Shown one piece after another: positions 48,349 through 57,328 of a stretch of 64,000 nucleotides of DNA. Within the stretch, counting starts at the first letter, position 1. Each line of letters starts with the position of its first letter. Origin of the DNA: an uncultured Clostridium sp. Lineage in GTDB: Bacteria > Bacillota > Clostridia > TANB77 > CAG-508. The stretch is taken from the NCBI GenBank assembly GCA_947426525.1, contig CANEEJ010000004.1:2225-66224 (forward strand). The letters are read 5' to 3'. The position numbers and the translations under genes are program-made. Under the pieces are notes generated by a model. That model was not told where the DNA came from, ran no database searches, and saw nothing but the letters and a program-made list of their open reading frames with translations.

Positions 48349-48601
48349 TTTCTCGTTCCTTTTTTAAATATTTGTTTTTTTCTTGTAGTCTTTCCAGTTC
48401 TTCTTCTGCTGTATTAAGTTCTATTGTTGTTATTGCTAGCAATCTATCTTTACTTTCTATTGTTTCTTGTAATGCTTCTAGTTCTTTTAAGACTGTTTCT
48501 GCAAATCTAAAAAAGAAATCTTTTTCTATATTTTGTATTATTTTCTCTCTTCTTTTAAGCGTATTATAAATATATATAACTTTTTCTAATTCTTTATCCA
48601 T
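48329..48601 (-). CDS. coiled-coil hypothetical protein
   Basis: ORF track. Confidence 0.45.
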   Translation of the reverse strand: MDKELEKVIYIYNTLKRREKIIQNIEKDFFFRFAETVLKELEALQETIESKDRLLAITTIELNTAEEELERLQEKNKYLKKERENEYRKR

Positions 48602-48989
48602 CTACTTTTTCTCCTTTTAATATTTTTAAAATTTCTTGTGCATGATAGTATCTGCCTTTGTCTTCTAAACATTCTGTTTCTTTAAAATTATTTTCTTTTA
48701 TATCTTCTTCTAACTTCTTTATTAGCTTTTGCTCTCTTGATTTTAATTTATTTATTTGTTTTTCTAACTTTACGATTTTTTCTATTAAATCCACATAAGA
48801 AAGATATTTTCCGTGATTATTTTGTGGTATCTCTGGTGTACATAGATATAATTTTGCTTCTAGTTCATCTATATATTCTTTTGCTATTTTTATAAAATTA
48901 AGTGTAAAATCTTCTTCAAATATTCCGTCTCTTGTTATACATTCGTTAAAGTATTTTTTCATTTCTTTTACATCTTCTTTATTTAACAT
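48594..48989 (-). CDS. hypothetical protein
   Basis: GGAGGAG RBS precedes ATG at 48989. Confidence 0.5.
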   Translation of the reverse strand: MLNKEDVKEMKKYFNECITRDGIFEEDFTLNFIKIAKEYIDELEAKLYLCTPEIPQNNHGKYLSYVDLIEKIVKLEKQINKLKSREQKLIKKLEEDIKENNFKETECLEDKGRYYHAQEILKILKGEKVDG

Positions 48990-48993
48990 TGCT

Positions 48994-49164
48994 TTACTCC
49001 TCCAATCTAATTGCAATTTTAGCATTCTTCTTATTCCTTTTTCGATGCGATGGCATAGACCAAAAATAAACTGTTCTTTCTTTTACTTTTAGTTGCTTAG
49101 CTATCTCTCTTACTGTTCCAATAGCTAATATTTTTTCTCCTTTATATACTGCATATTCCTTCAT
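48994..49164 (-). CDS. 56-aa HTH protein
   Basis: TVREIAKQLKVKERTVYFW helix-turn-helix. ATGA coupling with the upstream ORF. Confidence 0.45.
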   Translation of the reverse strand: MKEYAVYKGEKILAIGTVREIAKQLKVKERTVYFWSMPSHRKRNKKNAKIAIRLEE

Positions 49165-49330
49165 ATTTTTATCTCTTCCTGTATTCCTAATATTTTCTTT
49201 ATTTCTGCAATCGAATCGTCTGCATAGTCACATTTGTTTGTTCCTAACCAGTTAGGATTTTCAAGTAAGCTACATCCGACCACAACTTTTACATTTTCCG
49301 TGTTAATTCTTTGTAGTTGTATTTCATAAG

Positions 49331-49561
49331 TTACTCCTTTGGCATTTCGTATACTGCTGTTGGTATTGCTACTCTATGAATTTCTATTATTTCTTGTAAT
49401 ACTTCTTTTGTTCTTTCTTTAGTTTCATAATATCCTAGTTCTTCAGGGAGTCCATTCATTTTTCCATAACTTATCGTTGTTTTACTCCCGTTGTTTATAA
49501 ATATATGTGCTATGTTATCAAAATTAATTATTGCATCTTTATTTTGACTTACTATTATCAT
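49331..49561 (-). CDS. hypothetical protein
   Basis: ORF track. Confidence 0.5.
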   Translation of the reverse strand: MIIVSQNKDAIINFDNIAHIFINNGSKTTISYGKMNGLPEELGYYETKERTKEVLQEIIEIHRVAIPTAVYEMPKE

Positions 49562-49570
49562 AATTTCCTC

Positions 49571-49876
49571 CTAATCTATCGTATAACGATTTAAATACTC
49601 TAAAAAATATTCTTCTTCTTTTTTTCGCCTTGCTTCTTCTGCCTTTTTTACTCTTAAATGCGGATTTTCTTCAAAAAATTTTCTTCTTGATCTCGTTATC
49701 CCCTCAAAACTAATTCCTCTAAATTGCAAATTCTGCATAACTTCTTCGAAATCGTTTTTAAACATATCTGGCTCTAGCTCTTGTACTACTCGCATTATTA
49801 AGTATCCGTCATTTTCTCTCGAATATGGTTCGTCTTGTAGTATTTTATATGCTGTCTTTTTGATTTCTCTTTTCAT
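49571..49876 (-). CDS. hypothetical protein
   Basis: ORF track. Confidence 0.5.
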   Translation of the reverse strand: MKREIKKTAYKILQDEPYSRENDGYLIMRVVQELEPDMFKNDFEEVMQNLQFRGISFEGITRSRRKFFEENPHLRVKKAEEARRKKEEEYFLEYLNRYTID

Positions 49877-49891
49877 TTGTTTTCACTCTCC

Positions 49892-50170
49892 TTATTTGAA
49901 TTTTTTATCTATACTCATCAATTCGTAGAATAATCTATCTTGTTCTTCTTGCGTTAAATTAGAATATTCTTCACTATTTTGGCATTCTGTAATAATCATT
50001 ATTTTTCGATTTGTATTTTCTTTTTCGATTTGCTCTTTATATTTATTAAATAAAAATAAATAAATAATATTATTATCATTATTGTTTGTGTCCCTTACCT
50101 GTCCTTGACCGTACCTTTTGCATGTCCACGGACATGTCCAAAACTTTTTCCTTAACCTGATATTTGTCAT
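49892..50170 (-). CDS. possible C-terminal part of the replication protein
   Basis: Overlaps 50079-50486 out of frame; no RBS of its own. Confidence 0.35.
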   Translation of the reverse strand: MTNIRLRKKFWTCPWTCKRYGQGQVRDTNNNDNNIIYLFLFNKYKEQIEKENTNRKIMIITECQNSEEYSNLTQEEQDRLFYELMSIDKKFK

Positions 50171-50486
50171 AATTTACAATACTTACAAGCGTTTTTTTGT
50201 TGTCCCTAATCTGTACCAGCATCCCGTCCTGTTCCAATTGGTTTAAATAATCACTTACTTTATGCCTTGACCACTTCCATCGCTTTGCTAATTTTTCTAA
50301 AGATGTTATTCTTTGTCCTCTTTCTACTTCTATAAACTCTTTGTCAAATTCTATTTTTTCTGTTTGATGATTTGCTAACATTAGCAAGTCTATCCATGCA
50401 CTTCTTTTGTCGAAAGGCTCTTTGCTTTTCCAAATCCAATGCTCTTGTAATTGTCTATGTATACTTATCCAGCCTTCCATATTCAT
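50079..50486 (-). CDS. phage replication initiator-like winged-helix protein
   Basis: N-terminus WISIHRQLQEHWIWKSKEPFDKRSAWIDLLMLAN... is typical of phage replisome-organiser/Rep N-domains. Confidence 0.6.
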   Translation of the reverse strand: MNMEGWISIHRQLQEHWIWKSKEPFDKRSAWIDLLMLANHQTEKIEFDKEFIEVERGQRITSLEKLAKRWKWSRHKVSDYLNQLEQDGMLVQIRDNKKTLVSIVNYDKYQVKEKVLDMSVDMQKVRSRTGKGHKQ

Positions 50487-50539
50487 TTCTCCTTTCGTAA
50501 AAATTAGGGTAAGATGTTTGTCTTACCCTAGTTGCTTGC

Positions 50540-51349
50540 TTATTTCCCTATGTTTAACATTGGTATATTATCTCCTAACGATGTTGTTGGAAGTTGTCCA
50601 TTCCATTTTTCAATCAATTTTTGTTGTACTTCTAGTCTCTTCAATTCAAGTGTCTTTTCTGTTATTTCTTGGTTTTGTTGTTTCATTACTTCTGCTTCCG
50701 CTTTAGCATTTTCAACTTTCTTTTCATTTTCTACTTTTGCTTTTTCTAATTCGTATTTTGCTTGTTGTGTTTGCTGTTCTACTACTTGTTTTTTCTCTAT
50801 TGCTTGGTCAAATTCTTCTGAGAACGATAAGTCTACCATGCTTAAGGATGTTATATTAATACCTTTTTCTTGTAATTTATTTGTTAATGTTTCTTGTGCT
50901 AAATTAGATACTTCTTGTCTTTTAGTAACCAACTCTTCTGCTGTATAATTTGCAATTGCTGATTTCATTGTTTCGTATATTGCTGGTTCTACTATTATTG
51001 TATTAAAATCTTTTCCAATTTCTCTATATAAAACATTTGCTTTTTGTTTATCTACTCCATAATTCACTGCTATCTTTATAGCATTTATTTTTTGTAAATC
51101 TTTCGAACTTGCTTCCATTTGATATTCTATTTTCTGCGTTCTGCAATCAATCTTTACTATACTTTCTATAAACGGTGCTTTAAAATTTAATCCTTCTTGA
51201 ATAGTATCGTTTTGAACTTGTCCAAATCTTGTTTTTACACCTACATATCCCGTAGGTACTGTCGTTATACTTGCAAATAATAATATTATTATAAAAACAA
51301 CTACTCCTATAATAATTCCTAATATTACATTTCCTTTTTGATTTTTCAT
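50540..51349 (-). CDS. SPFH/band-7 (prohibitin-like) membrane protein
   Basis: N-terminal TM, then VPTGYVGVKTRFGQV...GLNFKAPFIE, followed by a C-terminal coiled coil. Confidence 0.8.
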   Translation of the reverse strand: MKNQKGNVILGIIIGVVVFIIILLFASITTVPTGYVGVKTRFGQVQNDTIQEGLNFKAPFIESIVKIDCRTQKIEYQMEASSKDLQKINAIKIAVNYGVDKQKANVLYREIGKDFNTIIVEPAIYETMKSAIANYTAEELVTKRQEVSNLAQETLTNKLQEKGINITSLSMVDLSFSEEFDQAIEKKQVVEQQTQQAKYELEKAKVENEKKVENAKAEAEVMKQQNQEITEKTLELKRLEVQQKLIEKWNGQLPTTSLGDNIPMLNIGK

Positions 51350-51368
51350 TTTTATTTCCTCCTATTTT

Positions 51369-51758
51369 TTATAAATAATTTTTTCCAAACTCTTTTAAGA
51401 ATTTTTCTTTATCGTGTTTTTTTATAAATCTTTGTCTTGCATAATCGTGCAAATATTTTCTTGTTATTTCGTCTAAATCTGCATTTTGATGGCATTTTCT
51501 GCATAAGTAATATACTAATCCATGTTGCATACTTTTTTGTCTATTTGCCCCACCAAATGCTTCGTGCTTGTCTAATTTTTTTAGTTGTCTTCCACATACA
51601 AAGCACTTTGTATTATCTTCTTGTAAAATGCTAAATCTATTTCTTTCTTTTTTAGCTAATTTATTACTTTTTTGTTTTATTTTTTGTTTATTTTCTTTCT
51701 TTTTCTTCTCAGTTTTTGGATATGGATTAAAAGAATTGCTTAAATCTGTTACTATCAT
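51369..51758 (-). CDS. HNH/NinG-like zinc-binding protein
   Basis: CFVCG...HEAFGGANRQKS...LCRKCH pattern. ATGA coupling. Confidence 0.5.
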   Translation of the reverse strand: MIVTDLSNSFNPYPKTEKKKKENKQKIKQKSNKLAKKERNRFSILQEDNTKCFVCGRQLKKLDKHEAFGGANRQKSMQHGLVYYLCRKCHQNADLDEITRKYLHDYARQRFIKKHDKEKFLKEFGKNYL

Positions 51759-52135
51759 TTCAATCCTCCCATTTTTAATATTTGCAGTGCTTTTTCTAAT
51801 TCTTCTGTATCGAAATGTCCAAAATGGCAATGCCTTCTATCTATATTCATTAGTTTAGACAATTTATAATAAAGTTCATTTCTTTCTTTTCTGTTATGCC
51901 ACAAATTATCAAAAATGCCGTGACATTGTTTCTTCAATTCTCTCATTTCTTTGTTTGCTATTATCCCTAATGCTATATTTGTATCATTGTGTGTTCCTGT
52001 GTATGCGTCACATTTTTTACATAAATAACATTTACCATTTCCATACTCTTTTCCATATATTTCTGCATTGCTTACATATCTAATATCGCCTCCACAAAAT
52101 GGGCATTTTAGTGGTCTTTTTTCATATTTAATCAT
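51755..52135 (-). CDS. zinc-ribbon protein (DUF3268-like)
   Basis: CPFCGG...CYLCKKCDAY. ATGA coupling. Confidence 0.5.
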   Translation of the reverse strand: MIKYEKRPLKCPFCGGDIRYVSNAEIYGKEYGNGKCYLCKKCDAYTGTHNDTNIALGIIANKEMRELKKQCHGIFDNLWHNRKERNELYYKLSKLMNIDRRHCHFGHFDTEELEKALQILKMGGLK

Positions 52136-52578
52136 TTTCTCCACTCCTTCAGTAAGCTTTCTATTTCTGCTTTTGGTTTTGTTTCTATTCCTTCTTCCTG
52201 ACATTCGCTAACTAGTCCGTATATAAGTATCGACATTTCTTTTTTATTCATTTCTGAACTGCCCTTATACACTTTATAGTGTTTAAATGTCTTTCCGTTT
52301 AAAATTGATTCTCCTGCTTCTGCATAATATTTAAAATACGGTTTTACATCTATATTTTCTAAAACGCTTACTATTTCACTTTGTCCGTATCTTTGTAATA
52401 ATAAAAAATGTAATTCTTCTTTACTAATTCTTAATACATTTGCTAATTTATTTACTAATTCCCAATAGTATGCATTAGCCTTTAATCCTCTTTTTTCTTT
52501 GTATTCTTTTACTTCATACCTCTTGTCTTTCTCTTGTTCTAGTAAAAATGTTATACATTTATTTGTTGTTCCTACCAT
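52132..52578 (-). CDS. early recombination-module protein (NinB / HNHc_6 N-domain-like)
   Basis: KRGLKANAYYWELVNKLA motif resemblance only. Confidence 0.35.
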   Translation of the reverse strand: MVGTTNKCITFLLEQEKDKRYEVKEYKEKRGLKANAYYWELVNKLANVLRISKEELHFLLLQRYGQSEIVSVLENIDVKPYFKYYAEAGESILNGKTFKHYKVYKGSSEMNKKEMSILIYGLVSECQEEGIETKPKAEIESLLKEWRK

Positions 52579-52587
52579 ACCAAACAC

Positions 52588-53301
52588 CTACTTACTAGTT
52601 CTAAAATCATTTACTATGTTCATATAATTTTTAATTTCTATGTCTTCTATTTCTGCATAGTCATAATTTGCTAAAATCAATTTAACTACTGAATTTGATA
52701 TCTTGTTATTTTTTATTGCTTGTTTCAATGCGTTTACTTTCTTTTCGCTAATTTTCTCTTCTGCAATTGTTTCTTCTGCTTTTTCTTTCGTTATATCTGC
52801 TCCTTCGCTATCACTATAAATACTTTCATAAGCAAGTCTTGAATTTTTTAATACTACTCTATCAAAGCATCTTTTCAATGCCATTGCGTTTGGATAAGCA
52901 TTTTTACAATTCGCCTTACTTACTTCTCCAAGCTCGTAAAGTCCTTGGTCTTTGTTTATATATGTATAGACTAATGTGTTTTCGTACCCTTCTTTATCTA
53001 CGATTACACTGCTTGGGTCAAACTTCTTCTTGTCGTCTAATTTGTCATTTATTTTCAAACATCCATTATGGCTTATTATTAATCCTGTGTATTGCATTTT
53101 CCCTGTTTTTGTTTCATTCATTAGTATCCAAAAATCTGCTTCTGTTAATCCATATTCTTTTCTATCTATTAGTTCAATAGCTTTTTTCTTCGCTTGAATG
53201 TATTTTTGACTTTGCCAAACTGGCATTTTTTTTTGTTGTTTTGCTGAATATTCTTCTGTCTGTTCGTTAAACATTATTGTATCTTTCCAATCTTCTCTCA
53301 T
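52588..53301 (-). CDS. putative single-strand annealing protein (Rad52/Sak-like)
   Basis: Position in the early operon and YPNAMALKRCFDRVVLK resemblance. Low certainty. Confidence 0.4.
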   Translation of the reverse strand: MREDWKDTIMFNEQTEEYSAKQQKKMPVWQSQKYIQAKKKAIELIDRKEYGLTEADFWILMNETKTGKMQYTGLIISHNGCLKINDKLDDKKKFDPSSVIVDKEGYENTLVYTYINKDQGLYELGEVSKANCKNAYPNAMALKRCFDRVVLKNSRLAYESIYSDSEGADITKEKAEETIAEEKISEKKVNALKQAIKNNKISNSVVKLILANYDYAEIEDIEIKNYMNIVNDFRTSK

Positions 53302-53396
53302 GTCAAACCTCCTTTACTTCCTCTTTTATCCAATTTCCACTAAAAAACCATTCTACTGTACTATTTATAAAATCTATTTGTTCTAATGTTAACGTT

Positions 53397-53516
53397 TCAT
53401 TTTTTCCGTTTTGGCATTATTATTAATCCTAGTTTGTCTATTACATAGTCTTCTGTCATAAAATCTTCTATAGTTTCGTCTGTTGTTATTTCTCTGTACT
53501 GATATTTCTTTTCCAT
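53397..53516 (-). CDS. 39-aa hypothetical peptide
   Basis: GAGGAGG RBS. Confidence 0.3.
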   Translation of the reverse strand: MEKKYQYREITTDETIEDFMTEDYVIDKLGLIIMPKRKK

Positions 53517-53595
53517 TTTTCCTCCTCTTGCATATCTGCTCTTTTTATGCTAAAATAGAAGCAGATATGAATTTATATATTCTTATTTTTGTGAA

Positions 53596-53862
53596 CTAGT
53601 TTATTGATTGGTAGTCTCGAACTAGTTCTTTTATTGTGTTTAGTATTGCTTTTTCGTTGTTGTATTTGTTTGAATTTACTAGTTTGTCGATTCTTTTTAT
53701 AAAGTCTTTTTGTTCTTCATTTTCAAATCTTAAATCTTTGTTTTCTTCATATACTTCTAAATTTTCTTTTGTTAATTCTTCTATTTTTCTTTCTGCTCTT
53801 TTTAATGCTTTTCTACTAGAATTTACTAGTCTTTGTAATTCTTTGTTTTTTCTGTTAAACAT
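53596..53862 (-). CDS. coiled-coil hypothetical protein
   Basis: ORF track. Confidence 0.45.
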   Translation of the reverse strand: MFNRKNKELQRLVNSSRKALKRAERKIEELTKENLEVYEENKDLRFENEEQKDFIKRIDKLVNSNKYNNEKAILNTIKELVRDYQSIN

Positions 53863-54032
53863 CTCTCTTTTACCTCCTCTTTGTCTAAATAAATACTTAT
53901 ATGACCTTGTTTGTATGGGTCATTATTTCCCTGTATGTAACCGTCTATGTAAGCAATTGTTATATAGTCAGTTTTATACTTCTTAGCTAATTTTGCTAAC
54001 TCAATTCCTAATTCTTCTAGTTCTTGTTTCAT
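53826..54032 (-). CDS. hypothetical protein
   Basis: ORF track. Confidence 0.45.
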   Translation of the reverse strand: MKQELEELGIELAKLAKKYKTDYITIAYIDGYIQGNNDPYKQGHISIYLDKEEVKERCLTEKTKNYKD

Positions 54033-54038
54033 TCTTTC

Positions 54039-54242
54039 TTATCTCCTTTCTTGCAAAATAAATTTTAATAATGTATTTTCCACTATTTTTCTAGCTTCTT
54101 TATCACTTAAACTATTATCTTTCTTGTATTTCTTTACTATATTTTCTTTTGAGAAGCCGAAATTAAACAATTGCAAAATATCTTGCTCTGTTAAACATTT
54201 TCCTGCAATAATTGCTCTAAAATTTTCTTTAATTATTTTCAT
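54039..54242 (-). CDS. hypothetical protein
   Basis: GGAGGAG RBS. Confidence 0.5.
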   Translation of the reverse strand: MKIIKENFRAIIAGKCLTEQDILQLFNFGFSKENIVKKYKKDNSLSDKEARKIVENTLLKFILQERR

Positions 54243-54251
54243 CTTCTCCTC

Positions 54252-54374
54252 CTAATTCAATGTAGTTACTGTCATAACCCCATAAATTAGCATACTTGTC
54301 CACATTCCCCACACAACTGTGTATAACAGCGTATTTGCTAATATTGTTTTTAGTTTCTTTTTAGTTTTTTTCAT
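54252..54374 (-). CDS. 40-aa TM peptide
   Basis: AGAGGTG RBS; hydrophobic core. Confidence 0.35.
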   Translation of the reverse strand: MKKTKKKLKTILANTLLYTVVWGMWTSMLIYGVMTVTTLN

Positions 54375-54389
54375 TTGTTTCACCTCTTT

Positions 54390-54633
54390 CTAACTAAATT
54401 TTCTAATTTGATATATATTAGTTTTTACTTTTTCATCTGCTTGCATTTTAGCTTTTTCTCTTTTTTGCTGAAAATATTCTTCATAGGCATCTGCAAAAAC
54501 AAATATATCTCTTCCTCGTTTTTCATGTTCTAATTGCTTTGCTATTTCATAAGCTTTATCTCTTCCGACAGTGTTCTAGTTGTTTAATTTCAGCTACCGT
54601 GTAATAGCGTGGTTTTAATTGTGTGTTTTGCAT
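54390..54633 (-). pseudogene. frame-broken HTH (excisionase/MerR-like) gene
   Basis: A GAGGAGG RBS and ATG at 54633 give MQNTQLKPRYYTVAEIKQLE, then a stop. The +1 frame continues VGRDKAYEIAKQLEHEKRGRDIFVF... to 54390. Confidence 0.5.
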
Positions 54634-54666
54634 ATTGTTCCTCCTCTCTTTTTTGTCAGGTCGTGG

Positions 54667-54909
54667 TTAGTTTTGTTCGTTTTCTCGAACTTTCTTTCTA
54701 AAAAAATATTCTGGAATATCACTATGTCTAATATTTAATATCGTACATATTTTTAATATTTCTTTTTGTGTAAAATAAGTATTACTATTTATTTTGTTGC
54801 TAATAGTTGTTTCGTCTAAATCAATCTTTTCTGCAAGTTTTCCTTGCGTTCCTAATATTTCTTTTATTCTGCCTTTTAATTTATCGTGGTTTATTTCTAC
54901 GTTTTCCAT
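54667..54909 (-). CDS. Cro-like XRE HTH regulator
   Basis: GTQGKLAEKIDLDETTISNKIN HTH, divergent from the cI-like gene. GGAAGGAGGAG RBS. Confidence 0.75.
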   Translation of the reverse strand: MENVEINHDKLKGRIKEILGTQGKLAEKIDLDETTISNKINSNTYFTQKEILKICTILNIRHSDIPEYFFRKKVRENEQN

Positions 54910-54926
54910 TTTTCTCCTCCTTCCTT

Positions 54927-54978
54927 GTTCGTGTTCTCGAACTATTGTTATATTATCATTATGTTTTTTTAATGTCAA
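54927..54978 (-). promoter_or_regulatory. early (cro-side) promoter TTGACA-17-TAATAT with operator GTTCGAGAACACGAAC
   Basis: -35 at 54973-78, -10 at 54950-55, and a palindromic 16-mer at 54927-42. A near-identical 16-mer lies at 54675-90. Confidence 0.65.
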
Positions 54979-55028
54979 TACTTTTTATGAAAAAAATTCG
55001 ATTTTCTTAATTTTTTTCCATAAAAATA

Positions 55029-55057
55029 TTGATTTTTTTCGGTAAATTGTTTATAAT
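55029..55057 (+). promoter_or_regulatory. repressor-side promoter TTGATT-17-TATAAT
   Basis: Direct reading. Confidence 0.6.
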
Positions 55058-55076
55058 AGGCTTATGGAGGTACCTT

Positions 55077-55427
55077 ATGAGCGAATTAGTAGATACATTT
55101 TCTAACAGATTAAAAACTGCTATGAGAATTAGAAATATTAAAGCAACAGAACTTTCTTTAAAAACAGGCATAGCCAAATCTTCCTTAAGTGAATACATAA
55201 ATGGAAAATATGAAGCAAAACAAGATGGAGTATATCAGCTAGCAAAAGCATTAGATGTTAATGAAGCTTGGCTTATGGGATGCGATGTTCCTATGGAAAG
55301 AAATACTAACTATTTTAGATACGCTTCTTATGATGGATTTGATACTGAAGGATTAGATGAAAATGATATTGAAGAAATAAACAGATTTGTTGAATTTTTA
55401 AAAAACAAAAAGAAAAACAATAGCTAA
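55077..55427 (+). CDS. cI-like repressor (XRE HTH)
   Basis: IKATELSLKTGIAKSSLSEYINGK HTH. GGAGG RBS. Adjacent to the integrase. Confidence 0.8.
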   Translation: MSELVDTFSNRLKTAMRIRNIKATELSLKTGIAKSSLSEYINGKYEAKQDGVYQLAKALDVNEAWLMGCDVPMERNTNYFRYASYDGFDTEGLDENDIEEINRFVEFLKNKKKNNS

Positions 55428-55466
55428 AGATGATTTTGATTTTTTCATATGAAAGGAGTAAAAACA

Positions 55467-55616
55467 ATGAATAACAAGGATTTTTGCAAATGTAATTCTT
55501 CTTCAGGAGTTCACACAGACATTGATACTTGGTATCAATATGATATATGCAACGATTGTAGGAAAATATTAGAAGATGGTATACGACCAATCGAAGATAA
55601 TGGAGATATATATTAA
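55467..55616 (+). CDS. 49-aa Cys-containing peptide
   Basis: AAAGGAG RBS. CKC...CNDC. Below the track cutoff. Confidence 0.4.
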   Translation: MNNKDFCKCNSSSGVHTDIDTWYQYDICNDCRKILEDGIRPIEDNGDIY

Positions 55617-55773
55617 AAAAATAAGGAAATAGATGTTCAAACCAACCACGACCTGACATTTATTTCCTCGCATAAGCACTTCGAAAAGTGATTATATTTG
55701 TATTATATATAAATATCCCTCATTTTTCAAGTGTTTGATAAAAAATATTTAGAAAAAAATGGAGGTTTTTTAT

Positions 55774-57051
55774 ATGAAAGCAGGAATTAGAAAAAACAAA
55801 TTAAAGAAAGGATTTAGTTATACGGTCTTTATTGATTATGGAATTGTAAATGGACACAGAAAAAGAGAACCTTTGGAAACCTTTTCAAGTAAAGGAATTG
55901 CTGAAAAATACCAAGCAAAAACACAAACTGAAATTGATAACAATAATTTTATTCATGTAACTGATATGAATTTTGGAGAACTTATTGATAAATGGATGGA
56001 AAATCATGTCTCAATAAATTGCGAACCCAATACTTACGAAGCATATAAAACAGTCAACGAAACTTATTTGAAGCCATGTCTTGGTCATATTCCATGTAGA
56101 ATATTATCAAGCCCAAAAGGAACCGATATAATTAATGATTACTATAAATATTTAAGATTTGGCTTACAAAAAGAAGGAAGGAAAAATCTTTCCTTTTCTA
56201 CTGTTGAACATCATAAAGCACAAATTTCTGGTGCTTTAGCATATGGTGTACATTCTAAAAAAATAACAAATAATTCATGTACGCAAAGTAAAATTCCTAA
56301 GACTGAAAATGAAAAAACAAACGACATCATAATCGACGATGTTGAAAATTTTCAAGATACTGAATTATATGAAGACGAAGAATTTATAACCCCCGAACAA
56401 GCAGTTCAAGTGTTAAATTTATTTATGAACACACCAATGATGGTTCCTGTATTTTTGGCAGCACTTGTTGGATTAAGAAGAAGCGAAATTGCTGGTATTT
56501 TAAAAAATGCAATTAACAAAGAACAACAAACATTACAAATTAGAACAGTTCGAGTAAAATGTGGCAAAAAAACAGTATTTAAGAAAAAGACTAAAAATAA
56601 AACTTCTTCCAGGCTTCTATATTTACCCAATATTGTATTAAAAATATTGGAATTAGACGAGAAAAGACAACAAGAAAATAAGCAACTATATCAAGAAAAA
56701 TATATGGAAACAAATTTTTTGTGTGTTATGGATAATGGGCAACCTATAAGAGTAAATTATATGAGTGAAAAATTTAAGAAAGTATTTGATAAATTTATAA
56801 AAGAAGAAACCGAAAAAGCAAAAAAAGATGGAAAAGATTTTAAATTCCCATATATTACACTACATAAGTTAAGACATTTAAACATAAGTGCTTTGCTTGC
56901 AAATGGAGCATATCTAACAGATGTGCAAGATAACGTTGGTCATTCTACTATAAAAACTACTATGGGATATACACATCACTACACAAAAGGAAAAAAAGAA
57001 ATTGCAAACATAACTGATAAAATATATGAACATCTAATTAAGACAAGTTAA
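55774..57051 (+). CDS. int: tyrosine integrase
   Basis: C-terminal HKLRH...GHSTIKTTMGYTH catalytic signature. Next to attachment site and tRNA. Confidence 0.92.
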   Translation: MKAGIRKNKLKKGFSYTVFIDYGIVNGHRKREPLETFSSKGIAEKYQAKTQTEIDNNNFIHVTDMNFGELIDKWMENHVSINCEPNTYEAYKTVNETYLKPCLGHIPCRILSSPKGTDIINDYYKYLRFGLQKEGRKNLSFSTVEHHKAQISGALAYGVHSKKITNNSCTQSKIPKTENEKTNDIIIDDVENFQDTELYEDEEFITPEQAVQVLNLFMNTPMMVPVFLAALVGLRRSEIAGILKNAINKEQQTLQIRTVRVKCGKKTVFKKKTKNKTSSRLLYLPNIVLKILELDEKRQQENKQLYQEKYMETNFLCVMDNGQPIRVNYMSEKFKKVFDKFIKEETEKAKKDGKDFKFPYITLHKLRHLNISALLANGAYLTDVQDNVGHSTIKTTMGYTHHYTKGKKEIANITDKIYEHLIKTS

Positions 57052-57093
57052 ATCTTGTCTTTTACTTATTTGTTCTGTATTCTACTTACTGTT

Positions 57094-57109
57094 TGGACAA
57101 GTTTTGGAC
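57094..57109. repeat. GGACAAGTTTTGGACA, putative integrase arm-type site (copy 2)
   Basis: Identical to 20046-20061. Confidence 0.6.
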
Positions 57110-57178
57110 AGATAAAACATTTTTTTAGTTATTTAAAATATGAATAAAAAGCTCAACCCTTCTAAAATCAAGTTATAT

Positions 57179-57269
57179 GGCGGAGTGAGTGGGATTCGAA
57201 CCCACGGGCCGATTTCTCGACTACTACAGTTCCAGTGTAGCTCGTTATGACCACTTCGATACCACTCCA
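57179..57269 (-). tRNA. tRNA-Ser (anticodon GGA), 91 nt, CCA encoded
   Basis: Manual fold gives acceptor GGAGTGG/TCACTCC, anticodon loop CUGGAAC, a long variable arm GTCGA-GAAA-TCGGC, and T-loop TTCGAAT. Confidence 0.9.
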
Positions 57270-57328
57270 TTACCATAGCTTATTATACACTATTTTTCTT
57301 AAAAATACAACCACTAATAAAGCACTCT

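Larger units (their letters stand above)
19866..57240. mobile_element. ~37.4 kb siphovirus-like prophage integrated in tRNA-Ser(GGA)
   Basis: 65-bp direct repeats at both ends, integrase next to the intact tRNA, and complete lysogeny/replication/packaging/head/tail/lysis modules. Confidence 0.93.
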
